From Octopus bimaculoides (Eukaryota): a stretch of 53,339 nucleotides of DNA. The position numbers and the translations under genes are program-made. The notes under the pieces were generated by a model. It saw only the letters and a list, made by a program, of their open reading frames with translations. It was not told where the DNA came from and did no database searches. Positions 38,550 to 50,999 of this stretch are shown piece after piece; position 1 is the first letter of the stretch; every line of letters starts with the position of its first letter. Where the stretch lies: assembly GCF_001194135.2 (NCBI RefSeq), contig NC_068982.1:153440843-153494181 (forward strand), read 5' to 3'.

Positions 38550-39936
38550 ATGTTCCAACCCGGTTCTCATGTAAATATATGTGAGTGCGTGTGCGTGTAA
38601 GTATGCACTGTGTACGTATAGATATACATATATGTCTGTCTGTCTGTCTGTCTGTATGTATGTATGTATAGAGTGTTTGAAGTGGAGTACAGATATTGTA
38701 TATTAAGTAAAAGGAGGCAGTCAGAATTTTGGATAGCCCTTTATTAGCGCTTTCGTTCGTTTTCGAACTCGTCCAAACAAAATCAAAATCATATGTATAT
38801 AATGCAAATACGAAGTTAACATGGTACACCATAAGTAGTTTTAACAATGCATTTTACGAGCATTGCTTAGTAAATATGTTCATTAGTATATGAATATTTG
38901 GGAACATCGACATAGCACTAAAGAAACAGAAAATAGAGAGCGGTTAAATTCTGATACATTATAAAAGGAAATGTGAGTGTTCTTACCATGGCCTTTTTTG
39001 ATAGAATATCAATAGTCGAGATGGGAGAAATATCCTGTAAAGAGTTACTAACAAAACACCATCTTACAAGGAAAATTACGTCGAAATACTCAACATGGAA
39101 TTGTGTCTTTATGGGAATGCAAACCAAGTTATAAAACATATAAGTAAACCGTATTGTGCTCCTTCATCAGATTTTCCGAAATATTTTTCAATTGAATTGC
39201 TCAACTAAAAGCAACGAGTTGATATTTAAAATGACTAATACATGAACATCACAAGAATCATTTCTTCGAAATTATTTAAATCAATGTTAAAACGACATTT
39301 GTATCGAACGGTTAAATCAGCACTATATTATCGTTTCATATTTATCGTAGACAAAGAATTAGCTTGTTGATTTTTATTTGTCAAGAGCTGAAGAGGCATT
39401 ATCCGAGTATAGGAGATAAATTTGCTCCCCTACACATTTCTACAATACTACGACTTGATATCAGAAATAGGGTCACAAGAATTAGATTATGGGTGTTATA
39501 GCTATATTGATAGATAACAATCCATATAAAACCCGTTGATAGATTAGATTCAGACATCAATATGATATGGTAGTTTAAACCAATTGTGTGATACATTATT
39601 CGCTATAAAAATGTTGGATATGAATCGAATATCGATTCAAATAATCGAAACGTAAATATGGTAATTATTAAGAGATGAATCTAAGCATTTGTGGTTAATT
39701 TAAACTCTACTCAGATTTCAAAAATCTTTATATTTCTTATACTATTGGAATAACAATATCTATATCAAAAATCTTAGAATATAGATATATGTAAGCATAT
39801 GCACACGCACACACACATGCACACAGACACACGAACACACATACATACACACAAACACAAATTCATTCCGCCCAGGTCTATATATATATATATACACACA
39901 CATGGAAATAAATAACAAGGGTGTCCAGGTATCAAT

Positions 39937-40021
39937 GCATTACGGCCGTTTTAAGCGGCTTTATTTAATCGATCAATGAACACATTACATCAATTTGAAA
40001 GAAACCGCTCTCCTCGGGAGC
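39937..40021 (-). ncRNA. Hammerhead-like motif family III, copy 1, in a ~130-bp dispersed repeat
   Basis: Minus strand: CCGAGGA-GAGCGGT...GCCGCTT-AAAAC-GGCC-GTA; homologous to 43477-43560. Confidence 0.55.
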
Positions 40022-40624
40022 AGATGACCATATAGATTTACAACATAAAGGATAAACCATTTTTAGCAAATTTATATTAGTACTAGACACCAAAATAATC
40101 ACATTGTTTCCCTGTGTTATGTTTGTGATAGAAGGAATTTAGGGAATAATGCATATCTTATTAAGCCTACTTTAACTCAAAGAACAGCAGACTAAAATAG
40201 TGTTGGTGAAGACATAGGAGTGATCAGATGGTTTATTTATATTTTTATTTATAAGATTTTATGCAGCATATAGTCTACAACCATTTACAATTAAATCCAT
40301 TGGGAGTTGTCAGCTATGTTCCACTTGATGGTGATAAATTAGTTAATGTCATAAAACCCTTATTGATACCTGGATATCCTTGTTACATATTTGCATTTTG
40401 TTTACTTAGCTTCAAGCTGCGTGGACTATACCAAACTGGCTTGATGCCTCAATTAGACACCTAATTCAACTTAATCTTAATTATATTATATTATATTATA
40501 TTATATTATATTATATATATAAGCGTATATATTCACTCACATGCATACACACATATTCTCAGGAACATATGTTCATACATTCACACAAATAAAAATATAT
40601 ATATACACACACAAACACATACAT

Positions 40625-40669
<45 letters not shown>

Positions 40670-40679
40670 AACACTATTC

Positions 40680-40842
40680 AATTTTTTTTCTCCGTGTTTT
40701 TCTCCTTGTCTCCGTATTCTTTCTGTTGAAGAGCGTAGCTCGAAACGTCAAAGACTTTCCGTATTCCCGAGCGTCATACTAATATATACTTTTGTTATTT
40801 ACACCACCTGTCCTCGTCTGTTGTTATTATTTGTATATTCTC

Positions 40843-40846
<4 letters not shown>
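40680..40846 (+). mobile_element. Short PLE-terminus-like repeat with hammerhead-like motif (family II, copy 2)
   Basis: TCTTT-CTGTTGAA-GAGC-GTA-GCTC-GAAAC-GTC-AAAGA at 40718-40754; shares CACCTGTCCTCGTC with 20951; ends in (TA)n. Confidence 0.62.
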
Positions 40847-40883
<37 letters not shown>

Positions 40884-40946
40884 NNNNNNNNNNNNNNNNN
40901 NNNNNNNNNNNNNNNNNNNNNNNNNNNNNNNNNNNNNNNNNNNNNN

Positions 40947-40986
<40 letters not shown>

Positions 40987-41596
40987 TATATAGATATTGC
41001 CTGTCGGCCGTCAGAGAGCCTCCTTGACGTGACTACTGTAAGGAAGGAAGGCTGCAGATAATTTTTTATTAAACCAATGAAATTCAGAATTTCTATTCTA
41101 TTTATGTTCTGGAAATATATTTGAGATCTTACCTTTAGCATTATTCATAACAAAGTTTTTACTGAGACGTATAAATTTTCTACAAGATGTTGATATCTAC
41201 TGACCAATACTGGCAAAACAAAAAGGGACAGTGAATCCATTGTAGTCCCAACTTGTAGCTATAAATGTAGATTATCTCATGAGGAAATGCATGTACCATC
41301 AAAGAGGTCAGCTATCTTTCTAATGCGAATATCTCTTTGAAAAGCAAAGAGAAAGAGGATAACGATGGACAATTGTTTCAAAACTTCCAGCTCCTATATT
41401 TAATTTACATTTGTACGGATAATATTTGGTGCACTTGTTTAGTAAATATTTAACTAACAATTTGGATCAGCTTGAATATTAAGAACAAGAGACCAACCAA
41501 CTCGCACATTACAAATACAATCTGGTTATGGAATATCAAAATATGTAGTTTAAAATATTACATCATTCTCTTTACCAACATTACAATGATGGAGTT

Positions 41597-41982
41597 GTTG
41601 TTGGCACTCCGTCGCTTACGACGTCGAGGGTTCAAATTGATCCGATCAACAGAACAGCCTGCTCGTGAAATTAACGTGCAGGTGGCTGAGCACTCCATAG
41701 ACACGTGTACCCTTAACGTAGTTTTCGGGGTATTCAGCGTGACACAGAGTGTGACAAGGCTGGCCCTTTGAATTACAGGCACAACAGAAACAGGAAGTAA
41801 GAGTGAGAGAATGTTGTGGTGAAAGAGTACAGCAGGGTTCGCCACCATCCTCTGCCGGAGCCTCGTGGAGCTTTAGGTGTTTTCGCTCAATAAACACTCA
41901 CAACGCCCGGTCTGGGAATCGAAACCGCGATCCTATGACCGCGAGTCCGCTGCCCTAACCACTGGGCCATTGCGCCCCCACT
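41597..41982 (-). mobile_element. Young, intact tRNA-derived SINE (~385 bp) with 7-bp target-site duplication
   Basis: Head GGGGCGCAATGGCCCAGTGGTTAGGGCAGCGGACTCGCGGTCATAGGATCGCGGTTTCGATTCCC (A and B boxes); 3' end CGTCGTAAGCGACGGAGTGCC(AAC)n; flanked by TGGAGTT at 41590-41596 and 41983-41989. Confidence 0.9.
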
Positions 41983-43476
41983 TGGAGTTTTGTATCTTCG
42001 TTAGAACCACCTTTTCCCTCAGAAGAAGAATTTAAATTATTAGAAACAAAAGAAAACATACATATTTGCATATGTGTAGAAATATTCATTCGGACACTAA
42101 CAGATGTACAGAAAGCGATTGTATTTCCACATTGAACTAATGTTGTATTTATTAGTTTGGTTGTAACTAATTCCTTCGAAGTTTCGGCTATAATGTCTTC
42201 CAAAAGAAACATTGAGTCTATTCTTTCAAGTCAGTATCGCCGAAACGACGGCGTAGACAAGCACTATTATTAAGAAAGAATATTAAGAATATTACATGTA
42301 TATAAAAGCATACACACACACGCACACACACTCACACTCACACATACATTTCTACANNNNNNNNNNTACATTCAAATATATATATATATATTTGAATGTA
42401 TGTGTGTATGTATGTATGCATATGTATGTATGTATGTATGCATATGTATGTATGTATTTATGTCTATATTTGAGGATAGAAAAGAGAGTTATTAGTTTTG
42501 TCTCATAAAAATTGTTGAGCAAAGTAAATGAAAAAAATCATATTTATAAGAATTTCGAACCTTGTGTATAAGCACTCAGACTGAAGATATAAATGTATGA
42601 CTTGGAAATATCGATAGTAGTGGCGAAAAACAACAATAATAATCACATGTCTTTGGTTTCTATTCCCAAATTAGAAGAGATGAGACGAGAAAAGATATTG
42701 ATCAATATATCGATTAAATATAAACAGTAAACAACGTGTTAAACATTAAGATTGAAACTCCTGTTTAACAATTGGCTGTGAATATTTCCGCCTCCTCACT
42801 GATACATCTTGTGTTGCGTCTCAATTGCAGACGTTTACTAACGATCAATAGATAAATGACTGTGAATTTCCTTTTGTGGTCTTTTTCCTTCCTCACCACA
42901 CAATATATTTAGTGACTAAAAGGGAAGAAACAAGGAGCTGGATATGTACTTTCATAATATTTTTACTATTTGTAGATTCAGTAACGTCACTTCGCATATG
43001 TGAATGTTGAGTACATGTATGTCGTGAAATCTTCCTCTGAGAGAATGTCCTATCAATTGTTATCTTGAACGTATATTTGAACATATAAATGAATATTTAT
43101 TATACATATTTGTTTCATCGATTATTTAACAATTTATAACAGTATACCTAAAAATATATCTGTGTTTGGAGATTTTTCCAATGGAATTGAAACTGTCTTA
43201 ATCTTTATACCGCCAGGCAGAACATAAGAGAAACGGGAGACTACGCGTGTGAGGAAATTTTAAACTCAGTCTCGAAGGGACATATGAACTGTACTAATAT
43301 GTTTACGAATTCTTCTATTTCTATTTTGGTATATACATATACATGTATAGAGAAATAATAAAGATTCAGTGGAATTAGGTACTTAGGTTGAAGCACGAAG
43401 TCAGTCCGGTATTACCCGCATAACTTGATGTAAAGTGAATAAAATAAAAATAAGCAACAGGATATCAAGTAGTAAT

Positions 43477-43560
43477 GCAGTACGATCGTTTCAGGCGGCT
43501 GCATTTAAATGAACGATGCAATCATTACATCAATTAAAATGCAGTGTTATCTTCAGCTGC
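43477..43560 (-). ncRNA. Hammerhead-like motif family III, copy 2 (canonical core)
   Basis: Minus strand: GCAG-CTGAAGA-[long stem II with TGCATTT/AAATGCA and GATGTAA/TTGCATC]-GAAAC-GATC-GTA-CTGC. Confidence 0.68.
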
Positions 43561-44409
43561 TCAAAATATAGACATTTTTAACAAGTAGGACACATTAATA
43601 TAATTTTTCCTAAATATTTTAAAAAGAATAAGAAGATGGAAGAAATTCATGTTGTTGCTATTGCAATAAAGTGGCTAAGAATAGACTACAAATTCTTAGA
43701 ATCGCATGGAGCATAGTGGGGTCATAGGGTTGTAAGAGTTGTAATTTATTTCTAATGTATCTTTTTATCATCTATTAAATCTAAGACTAGAAGACTGTGT
43801 CTATTTTGAATAACGAACAAGACTGAGTTGGTAGCTCATGGCTAGGTATGATCATAAATATTATCATAGGTATCCCTTTTCCCCAAGAGAAAGGAAATAA
43901 GAAACTAGGAAGAGTCAATTTGATAGAACTTTCTATAAAAAAGGTAGAGTATGGGTAGTCTTTAAATCACGATGTTAATTACCAGTTAAAGGGGAAAGAA
44001 ACTAAGAAACTTAACATGCTAATACAGGGAAAATTTACGAGGGGCACAATAGGGGACGTTTATAAACAGTATTGTTATGTTGTATAAAATAATATTTAAG
44101 AATTCCAAAATGATATCATGACCAAAGTAGCTAAAAGTTATGTATGTATCAATAATTAAAATTAAAAAGAAAGATTATGTTGAATCAGTTTAATAACTAT
44201 TCTTGTACTTAATTAATTATTTGGTGGTTTCTATAAAGACTGCTCAAGTCACTTACATATGGAATATCCGAAAAGATATATATGCTATCTATTAATTTTA
44301 AGCTATGAATCAGAAATGGGATATCGAGATAATGGTAAATACACGTGAGCAAGGGAAGAAGAGTGAGGGAGAGAGAGAGTGACAAAGAACTATGACAGTA
44401 TATATATAT

Positions 44410-44829
44410 AAAATTAACCAAAGGGCATACTACGTATGTTTACCTGTTTGAAATAACAGTCAGAACGTCTTTAAATCGCCAAAATACACTGATAATAACT
44501 ACAGAAATCAGTCGTCCAAAGGTAAACAGGCTAAGGCAATCTCTCAGCATACATTCATGTAATTGGACTCACTTGGAGTGGTGTCTGGACTGATATAATA
44601 GCCTCACCTTCCTCAACACGTGTTACTATGATGGAGAGCCCCAGAAACCAGTCCATGCGAGTCCAAATACTTGAATGTATTGAGAGATTGTCTTGGCCTG
44701 TTTGCCTTCGGACGGTACTTTTCTGTAATTATCATCAGTGTATTTAAATTTAAATCGGCGATTTAAATAAGATCTTTGACTATTATTTCAAGCAGGTAAA
44801 CATACTGAGTATGTTATTTGATTAATTTT
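44410..44829. mobile_element. 420-bp foldback / MITE-like palindrome (~180-bp arms, 52-nt spacer)
   Basis: 44410-44588 aligns with the reverse complement of 44641-44829 (e.g. GTATGTTTACCTGTTTGAAATAACAGTC vs GTATGTTTACCTGCTTGAAATAATAGTC). Left end adjoins (TA)n. Confidence 0.85.
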
Positions 44830-45001
44830 AATCCTTCAGCTATATAATGCTTTGGTGGGGAGGCAAGGAGTCTGCAGTCGTATGTCTTATTGATTCTGTT
44901 CTCAATCGTTACACTAGATGATAATAGAGTGAATAATATCTTCGGAAATTATTTTTTCGTGAATTATTTGTTCCGTATTCAAATATACAAATGGAAAGGG
45001 A

Positions 45002-45013
45002 GAAAGAGAGAGA

Positions 45014-45101
<88 letters not shown>
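45002..45101. repeat. (GA)n microsatellite
   Basis: Read directly. Confidence 0.99.
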
Positions 45102-46384
45102 GAGAGAAGCGTGGATAATAAACTCTGCCAGACAAAAAAGAAAAGTGGGATGTGTGAGTCCATATATATATATATTCAACTGCAACACAATTTCTAATCT
45201 TCCCATTATATCAATGTGCAATTTGGATCTCAACAAGTGCGACTAACTAAAGAGGTCTCATTTATAGAAAAATATAAGCCAAACCTGAATATAAACTCAT
45301 ATTGAAAAATTAGAGATTTATCTCCCTTCTACTGAAAAATACCTTGTTTACCAAATTATCCCCACCCAGCACTAACAAACAAAACTCCTCATTTCGAATC
45401 GCATCTAATACTCAGCATTTGAAAAGCTTCAGCGAAACCTGTTATTTTATTAGTGGAAAAAATCTTATTTTTGATATTGTATAATACTTTAATCTCGTAA
45501 AACAAATCTTCTGTGTTTTTTCATCTTATTTATTTCCTTATACATGCATATGTGTGTGTGTGTGTATACATATATATGTATGTGTGCGTCTGTGTATGTA
45601 TACATCCCACTTTTCTTTCCCTCAGAGGAGTAATGGCAAAGCCTGTTATCCTTTTAAGTAAGTTCAAAACAATAATATTAAGAGAAAGATAACTAACATG
45701 AAGGCCCCTGCAGAGCTACTAATGCGTAACCGCTGTGTCAAACAGGGTCGTGGCTTATATCTTTCGCATCACTTCTGCTGAGGCTATAGTAGAATACACC
45801 AGTGGTGTCATACACTGGGATCAGACATGATACATGATATTGATGGTTCAGAATGCTTTATAGTGTATTCTTAGTGAAGATAATATTTTTGGGCAATTAT
45901 GTCTTTCTATGATCAATAAATTGCACTCTGGTAAACATCAGTCAAATATTAATAAGCGAAATTAAAGCAACCGAAATAAAAGAAATGTTACTTAGCTCGA
46001 ATTTACATCAATAACAGCGTCAACTATGAAAACAAGAAGAAAGTGAAAATAAGTGAAGGAAAGTAATGATTAGATGATAATTGCTTACAGTTTCACCTTT
46101 GCTTCGGTTGCTGATAAGACTGAATGAAGAGGAGTGTATGTTGAATGAATGTAAAGAGATTTCTATCTAGTAACAGAAACTGAAATCCAGTTTTACAAAC
46201 GTCCATCTACGTAAAAATAAAAAAGAAAACAAATCTATATGAAGAATATTTTTAAATACATTTTTAGAACTAAATCAAAAGTAAAGCTATATTATTTTCA
46301 TTTATGTCAAAAGACAAAAATACTTTCCTGTTTTTATTGTTTTGCTTTTTGCTTTGCTTTTTTCCCCCGCCGTTTTGGTTATTC

Positions 46385-46720
46385 TCAAGCAGAAGCGGCT
46401 GAAGCATATACAATTACAGAAAAATTAATAAAATACACCTTATAAAATGATTTGGTGGAGCGCGTAGTAGAAAAATATTGATCAAGTACCATTTTCTGAC
46501 GATGTGGAGTCAATACATACTCACCTGTGAAATTTTTAAGAAAAAAGGCTAAAGAAATCGCGGTAAACGAACTCAACGTTTTCAAAATGAATGAGTCAAC
46601 AGTCACTGACTTGAGGCTTTGCATGCATTTCATTAAATCATTCATGGGGAAAATCATGAAATGCCATGGAAGCATTGTCGAAGAATTTGTAATTATGAAA
46701 CTGCAGCTTTGGAAGAGAAA
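46385..46720 (+). pseudogene. hAT (Buster/Charlie, ZBED5/FAM200-like) transposase fossil
   Basis: AEAYTITEKLIK, IDQVPFSDD (shifted frame), FKMNESTVTDL, HGSIVEEFVIMK correspond in order to the AHTIGEKLIKP / VPLSNNTV / LQxDESTD / IEEEFLFC motifs. Confidence 0.72.
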
Positions 46721-47899
46721 ACGTAATTCTTTCCTAATAATAAAAAATTGAAAGAAAATTCGGTGTGTTGAAATTATCCACTGTCTTCAGCGCAAGTAGT
46801 TAGAATAAAACGTATAACTCAGGGTCTCATTGGGAATAATTAGTAAACGATGATGTGAAAATGTCAATTTTATTAAATCAGGTCCACTAAATGGAAAATT
46901 CGTCAGAATTGTGTGCAAATATGAAAATTTGGTCAATTTATTACTGTGTACTCGACTTCACTGGTTAACGCACGGGAGACACATTGTTACGATTTTAGAA
47001 GTGAGTGAATAAACAAGTTTATCTTTGACAGGAACTATATTTACTTACTTGAATTAGATAAAACTTTCCATATAGGAAACCAATAGAACATATTTGAAAT
47101 TCATAGTAAAATTAGTGTACCAGATAGATATTTAGATAAGAATGATGTTGGATATGTTGAAAGCCAATGTAGACTTTTAATTTCAAGTAAAATTTTCCCG
47201 ACGTCGGGACACAATAGATTCAGTTTTACCACAATTTAGATGAATCTTATAAATGTATAACAATATATTCTAGCTGAAGTTAAAATCCAACTTTGAGTTG
47301 AAATCCTGTTTGTAGACTCTCTTAACACAAGCTGTCTCTCATGGGAAAATACAGAAGATAGATAGTACGACGAGTATTATCTAAAAATTATATTTTCGTC
47401 AAGTGAAACCGGCAAATATTTGAATTACATTATTAATAGAATGCACTACAATATGACTACAAATTCAAAATTTATTAAAGCAATTTATAAATATGTATTT
47501 ATGCGAACTAATTTTTTTCAATGAATTCAACAAGAACAAAAAACTAGAAATAGCTTCATCACAGAGTCTGATTACGGTTACAAGTAACATTCATAATTCC
47601 GATTATTAAAGCTGTATGTGACCAGAAGCACGTTCAACATAGCACTTAATTTTAATGTCACACATGTGATGTTAAATTTTTTCAAATCAGTATGTAATTG
47701 AATTATGCTAATGCTAAGTTAGCTTCAGTGTTATTGGATGCATGGCCATAGCATTTTTTGTGAAATATCTTTCAAATTGCGAAACTTTTTCTCAATTTAT
47801 GGAGACTCGAGGGCAGGAGAAAATTGAAAATTTCTTAAATATTCTCCTGGCTGGAGGTAAGAGGAAGCGTAAAATGTCCTGTTGATGACACGAAATGTG

Positions 47900-47906
47900 T
47901 TTGTGT

Positions 47907-47979
<73 letters not shown>

Positions 47980-47990
47980 TGCACGTGTCT
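47900..47990. repeat. (TG)n-(GA)n microsatellite
   Basis: Read directly. Confidence 0.97.
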
Positions 47991-48064
47991 GCAAGCCAGT
48001 GTGTATTACACTGCTGGCGATATCATATGAAAGAATATTACATTAATATTCGTAGGCTTTAGGA

Positions 48065-48245
48065 CAGCGAACTCTCAGAATTATTAACACGCCGGATAAG
48101 ACACTTAGCGGTATTTTGTCCGTCTTTACATTCTGAGTTTTATCATTTTGAGATCGATGAGATAGCAGTTAAACACAGCGGTCGGTGTAATCGACTTAAG
48201 CCCTCCCTGAAATTGCTGGCTTTATGCCAAAATTCGAAGCTAGTA
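48065..48245 (+). mobile_element. Family B SINE with internal deletion
   Basis: ACACGCCGGATAAGACACTTAGCGGTATTTTGTCCGTCTTTACATTCTGAGTT..GGTGTAATCGACTTAAGCCCTCCCTGAAATTGCTGGCTTTATGCCAAAATT. Confidence 0.78.
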
Positions 48246-48257
48246 TTTCAGATCGTT

Positions 48258-48480
48258 AAAGCAGCGAGCCGACCGAATCGTTATCGTGCCAGGCAAAGTT
48301 ATTATCAGTGTTCCGTCTGTCTTTAAGTTCTGAGTTCAAATTCCTTCGAAGTCGATTTTCACTTTCATCATTTCGGGATCGATAAAATAGTACCAGTAGA
48401 GCACTGGGGTCGATATGATCGACTGACCCATTCCTCCCAAATTGCTGGTCTTGTGCCAAAAATTGAAATCAATATCTCTA
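48258..48480 (+). mobile_element. Family B SINE, tandem to the previous copy
   Basis: TTCTGAGTTCAAATTCC..GTCGATTTTCACTTTCATCATTTCGGGATCGATAAAATAGTACCAG..CACTGGGGTCGAT..AATTGCTGGTCTTGTGCCAAAA. Confidence 0.85.
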
Positions 48481-48709
48481 GCTTCTACGAACACTAAAAC
48501 AGAGAGAATACATTTTTCTATTAGCCGTGTGGAGTTATTTGCTTCCCTAAAAACATTTTGACTATGTGTATTATCATGAATTTCCGTACTGAAATGCAGT
48601 CAAACATACCCGCACTCACACGTATGTGTACTGGTGTGTGCTTTTATATATATATATATATNNNNNNNNNNTCTGTGCTGCATCTGAGAAAGTAACAGTT
48701 AGTTCATGA

Positions 48710-48910
48710 TATATATGTACGTATGTACGTATGTATGTATGTGTGTATGTATGTATGTGTGTATGTATGCATGTATGCATGTATGTATGTATGTATGTAT
48801 GTATGTATGTATGTATGTGTGTGTGTGTGTACATGTGTGTGCGTATGCATCTGTGTACATGCGTATGCATGTGTGCAGGTCGATGTCCTGTGTACATGCG
48901 TATGCATCTT
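48710..48910. repeat. (TATG)n/(TG)n microsatellite region
   Basis: Read directly. Confidence 0.95.
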
Positions 48911-50999
48911 TATCAACATCACTCACTCCTTTGGAAGGAACCATTTGTAATCTTCGAAGCATACGTCGGAAATAGAAGAATTCATTTAACATATGCGTAT
49001 TACTGCATTTATGAAATTTTATATTCACTCAAATACCCAAAATAACAGGGAGTTTCTACCTCATAAACAGGAGTTACACTACAGTCATTTTGTGATCTTT
49101 GCTATCCTGGTATCTATTAACCAATTTACTTTGACGGATTTAATTGTTAGCTCAGAGAAAATAAATACATATAATAATNNNNNNNNNNNNNNNNNNNNNN
49201 NNNNNNNNNNNNNNNNNNNNNNNNNNNNNNNNNNNNNNNNNNNNNNNNNNNNNNNNNNNNNNNNNNNNNNNNNNNNNNNNNNNNNNNNNNNNNNNNNNNN
49301 NNNNNNNNNNNNNNNNNNNNNNNNNNNNNNNNNNNNNNNNNNNNNNNNNNNNNNNNNNNNNNNNNNNNNNNNNNNNNNNNNNNNNNNNNNNNNNNNNNNN
49401 NNNNNNNNNNNNNNNNNNNNNNNNNNNNNNNNNNNNNNNNNNNNNNNNNNNNNNNNNNNNNNNNNNNNNNNNNNNNNNNNNNNNNNNNNNNNNNNNNNNN
49501 NNNNNNNNNNNNNNNNNNNNNNNNNNNNNNNNNNNNNNNNNNNNNNNNNNNNNNNNNNNNNNNNNNNNNNNNNNNNNNNNNNNNNNNNNNNNNNNNNNNN
49601 NNNNNNNNNNNNNNNNNNNNNNNNNNNNNNNNNNNNNNNNNNNNNNNNNNNNNNNNNNNNNNNNNNNNNNNNNNNNNNNNNNNNNNNNNNNNNNNNNNNN
49701 NNNNNNNNNNNNNNNNNNNNNNNNNNNNNNNNNNNNNNNNNNNNNNNNNNNNNNNNNNNNNNNNNNNNNNNNNNNNNNNNNNNNNNNNNNNNNNNNNNNN
49801 NNNNNNNNNNNNNNNNNNNNNNNNNNNNNNNNNNNNNNNNNNNNNNNNNNNNNNNNNNNNNNNNNNNNNNNNNNNNNNNNNNNNNNNNNNNNNNNNNNNN
49901 NNNNNNNNNNNNNNNNNNNNNNNNNNNNNNNNNNNNNNNNNNNNNNNNNNNNNNNNNNNNTATATATATATACATGATAGTAATTGTTTTGCAGATGCAA
50001 TTTGCCTCATGAACTAACAAATGAAATGTTTTGAAATCTTGTCCACTTCTATCAATAGCAATTAATTATTATGTGGTTTCATATATTTTGTAATTATTCA
50101 AAACTTAGATGTAGATATTAACTGGAGAATCTTAATAGAAGGACTTCTAATTGGAAACTGAAACTGTTTCACGACAATAAATGCTTTCCGACAGATCCGA
50201 ATTAGTGCATAAGCGCAAACTTAAAACTAATTACGGGTGGACATCTCTTCGTATTGAACTACATAAGAACCTAATTAAAGTTATTGATAATTATACACTA
50301 ATAAATTGATATAAGACATGAATAACGATTTGCTTAAAAAGAAAAACGTATATTTATATCTTCGTATTTTGTATACGTAAGTGACTCATTCATATTAAAT
50401 GAAAATATAGAACTACTTTCTTTCCTTTTACATGAAGCATTTATTACAAGAGTCATCAAGACATTTAGCTTTTCATGATGTAATTTTATTTCATTTTTAT
50501 TTTAAGATATAAATATTGACAACAAGTATTTGAAGAGGGGTCACACAGATGTATTTGTCTATGTATGCGGCTATGAAATTTATAAATGTATGTATGGATG
50601 GATGTTTTTCTAAAAATATGCTTTTATAGAGATAGAAAGTAAGTTTAATACATAGTTACGCAAATGAAGGATATATATGCTTTCATGTAAATGTCTTTGT
50701 TTATACGTAAATAAAATTAGATCGACTAGTAGATAACTAGATAATTTAGAGATCGCCAGAGACACATACATACATACATACATACATACATACATACATA
50801 CATAAATACATACATACCTGGTTGAGTCAAAGAATTTTCGTATTTCAAACTTTATTTAATAATTCAATCTAATTACACACACGAAGCCTTTATTCATCAA
50901 AATATATCCTGTCAAACGATATTGTTTGTTGCCATCATTTTTCCAGAAGCTCAATTCAATTAGTTGGTTTAGAGGCAAAATATTCCCTTCACGCGTTTT

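Noticed and set aside
41133-41209. Minus-strand segment with a strong acceptor (TTTTGTTTTGCCAG) and donor (GTAAGA)
   Set aside because: All three frames contain stops from the strong acceptor; it is open only with a weaker downstream AG.
41905-41982. tRNA-like sequence with A and B boxes
   Set aside because: It continues into a 300-bp SINE body with tail and TSD, and the acceptor stem does not close. It is a SINE head, not a tRNA gene.
46385-46675. Minus-strand 96-aa ORF with a CAG|GTGAGT donor at ~46525
   Set aside because: The plus strand of the same DNA carries ordered hAT transposase motifs, which explain the region better.
47196-47209. 14-bp perfect palindrome TCCCGACGTCGGGA
   Set aside because: Isolated, with no flanking structure or second copy; it could arise by chance.
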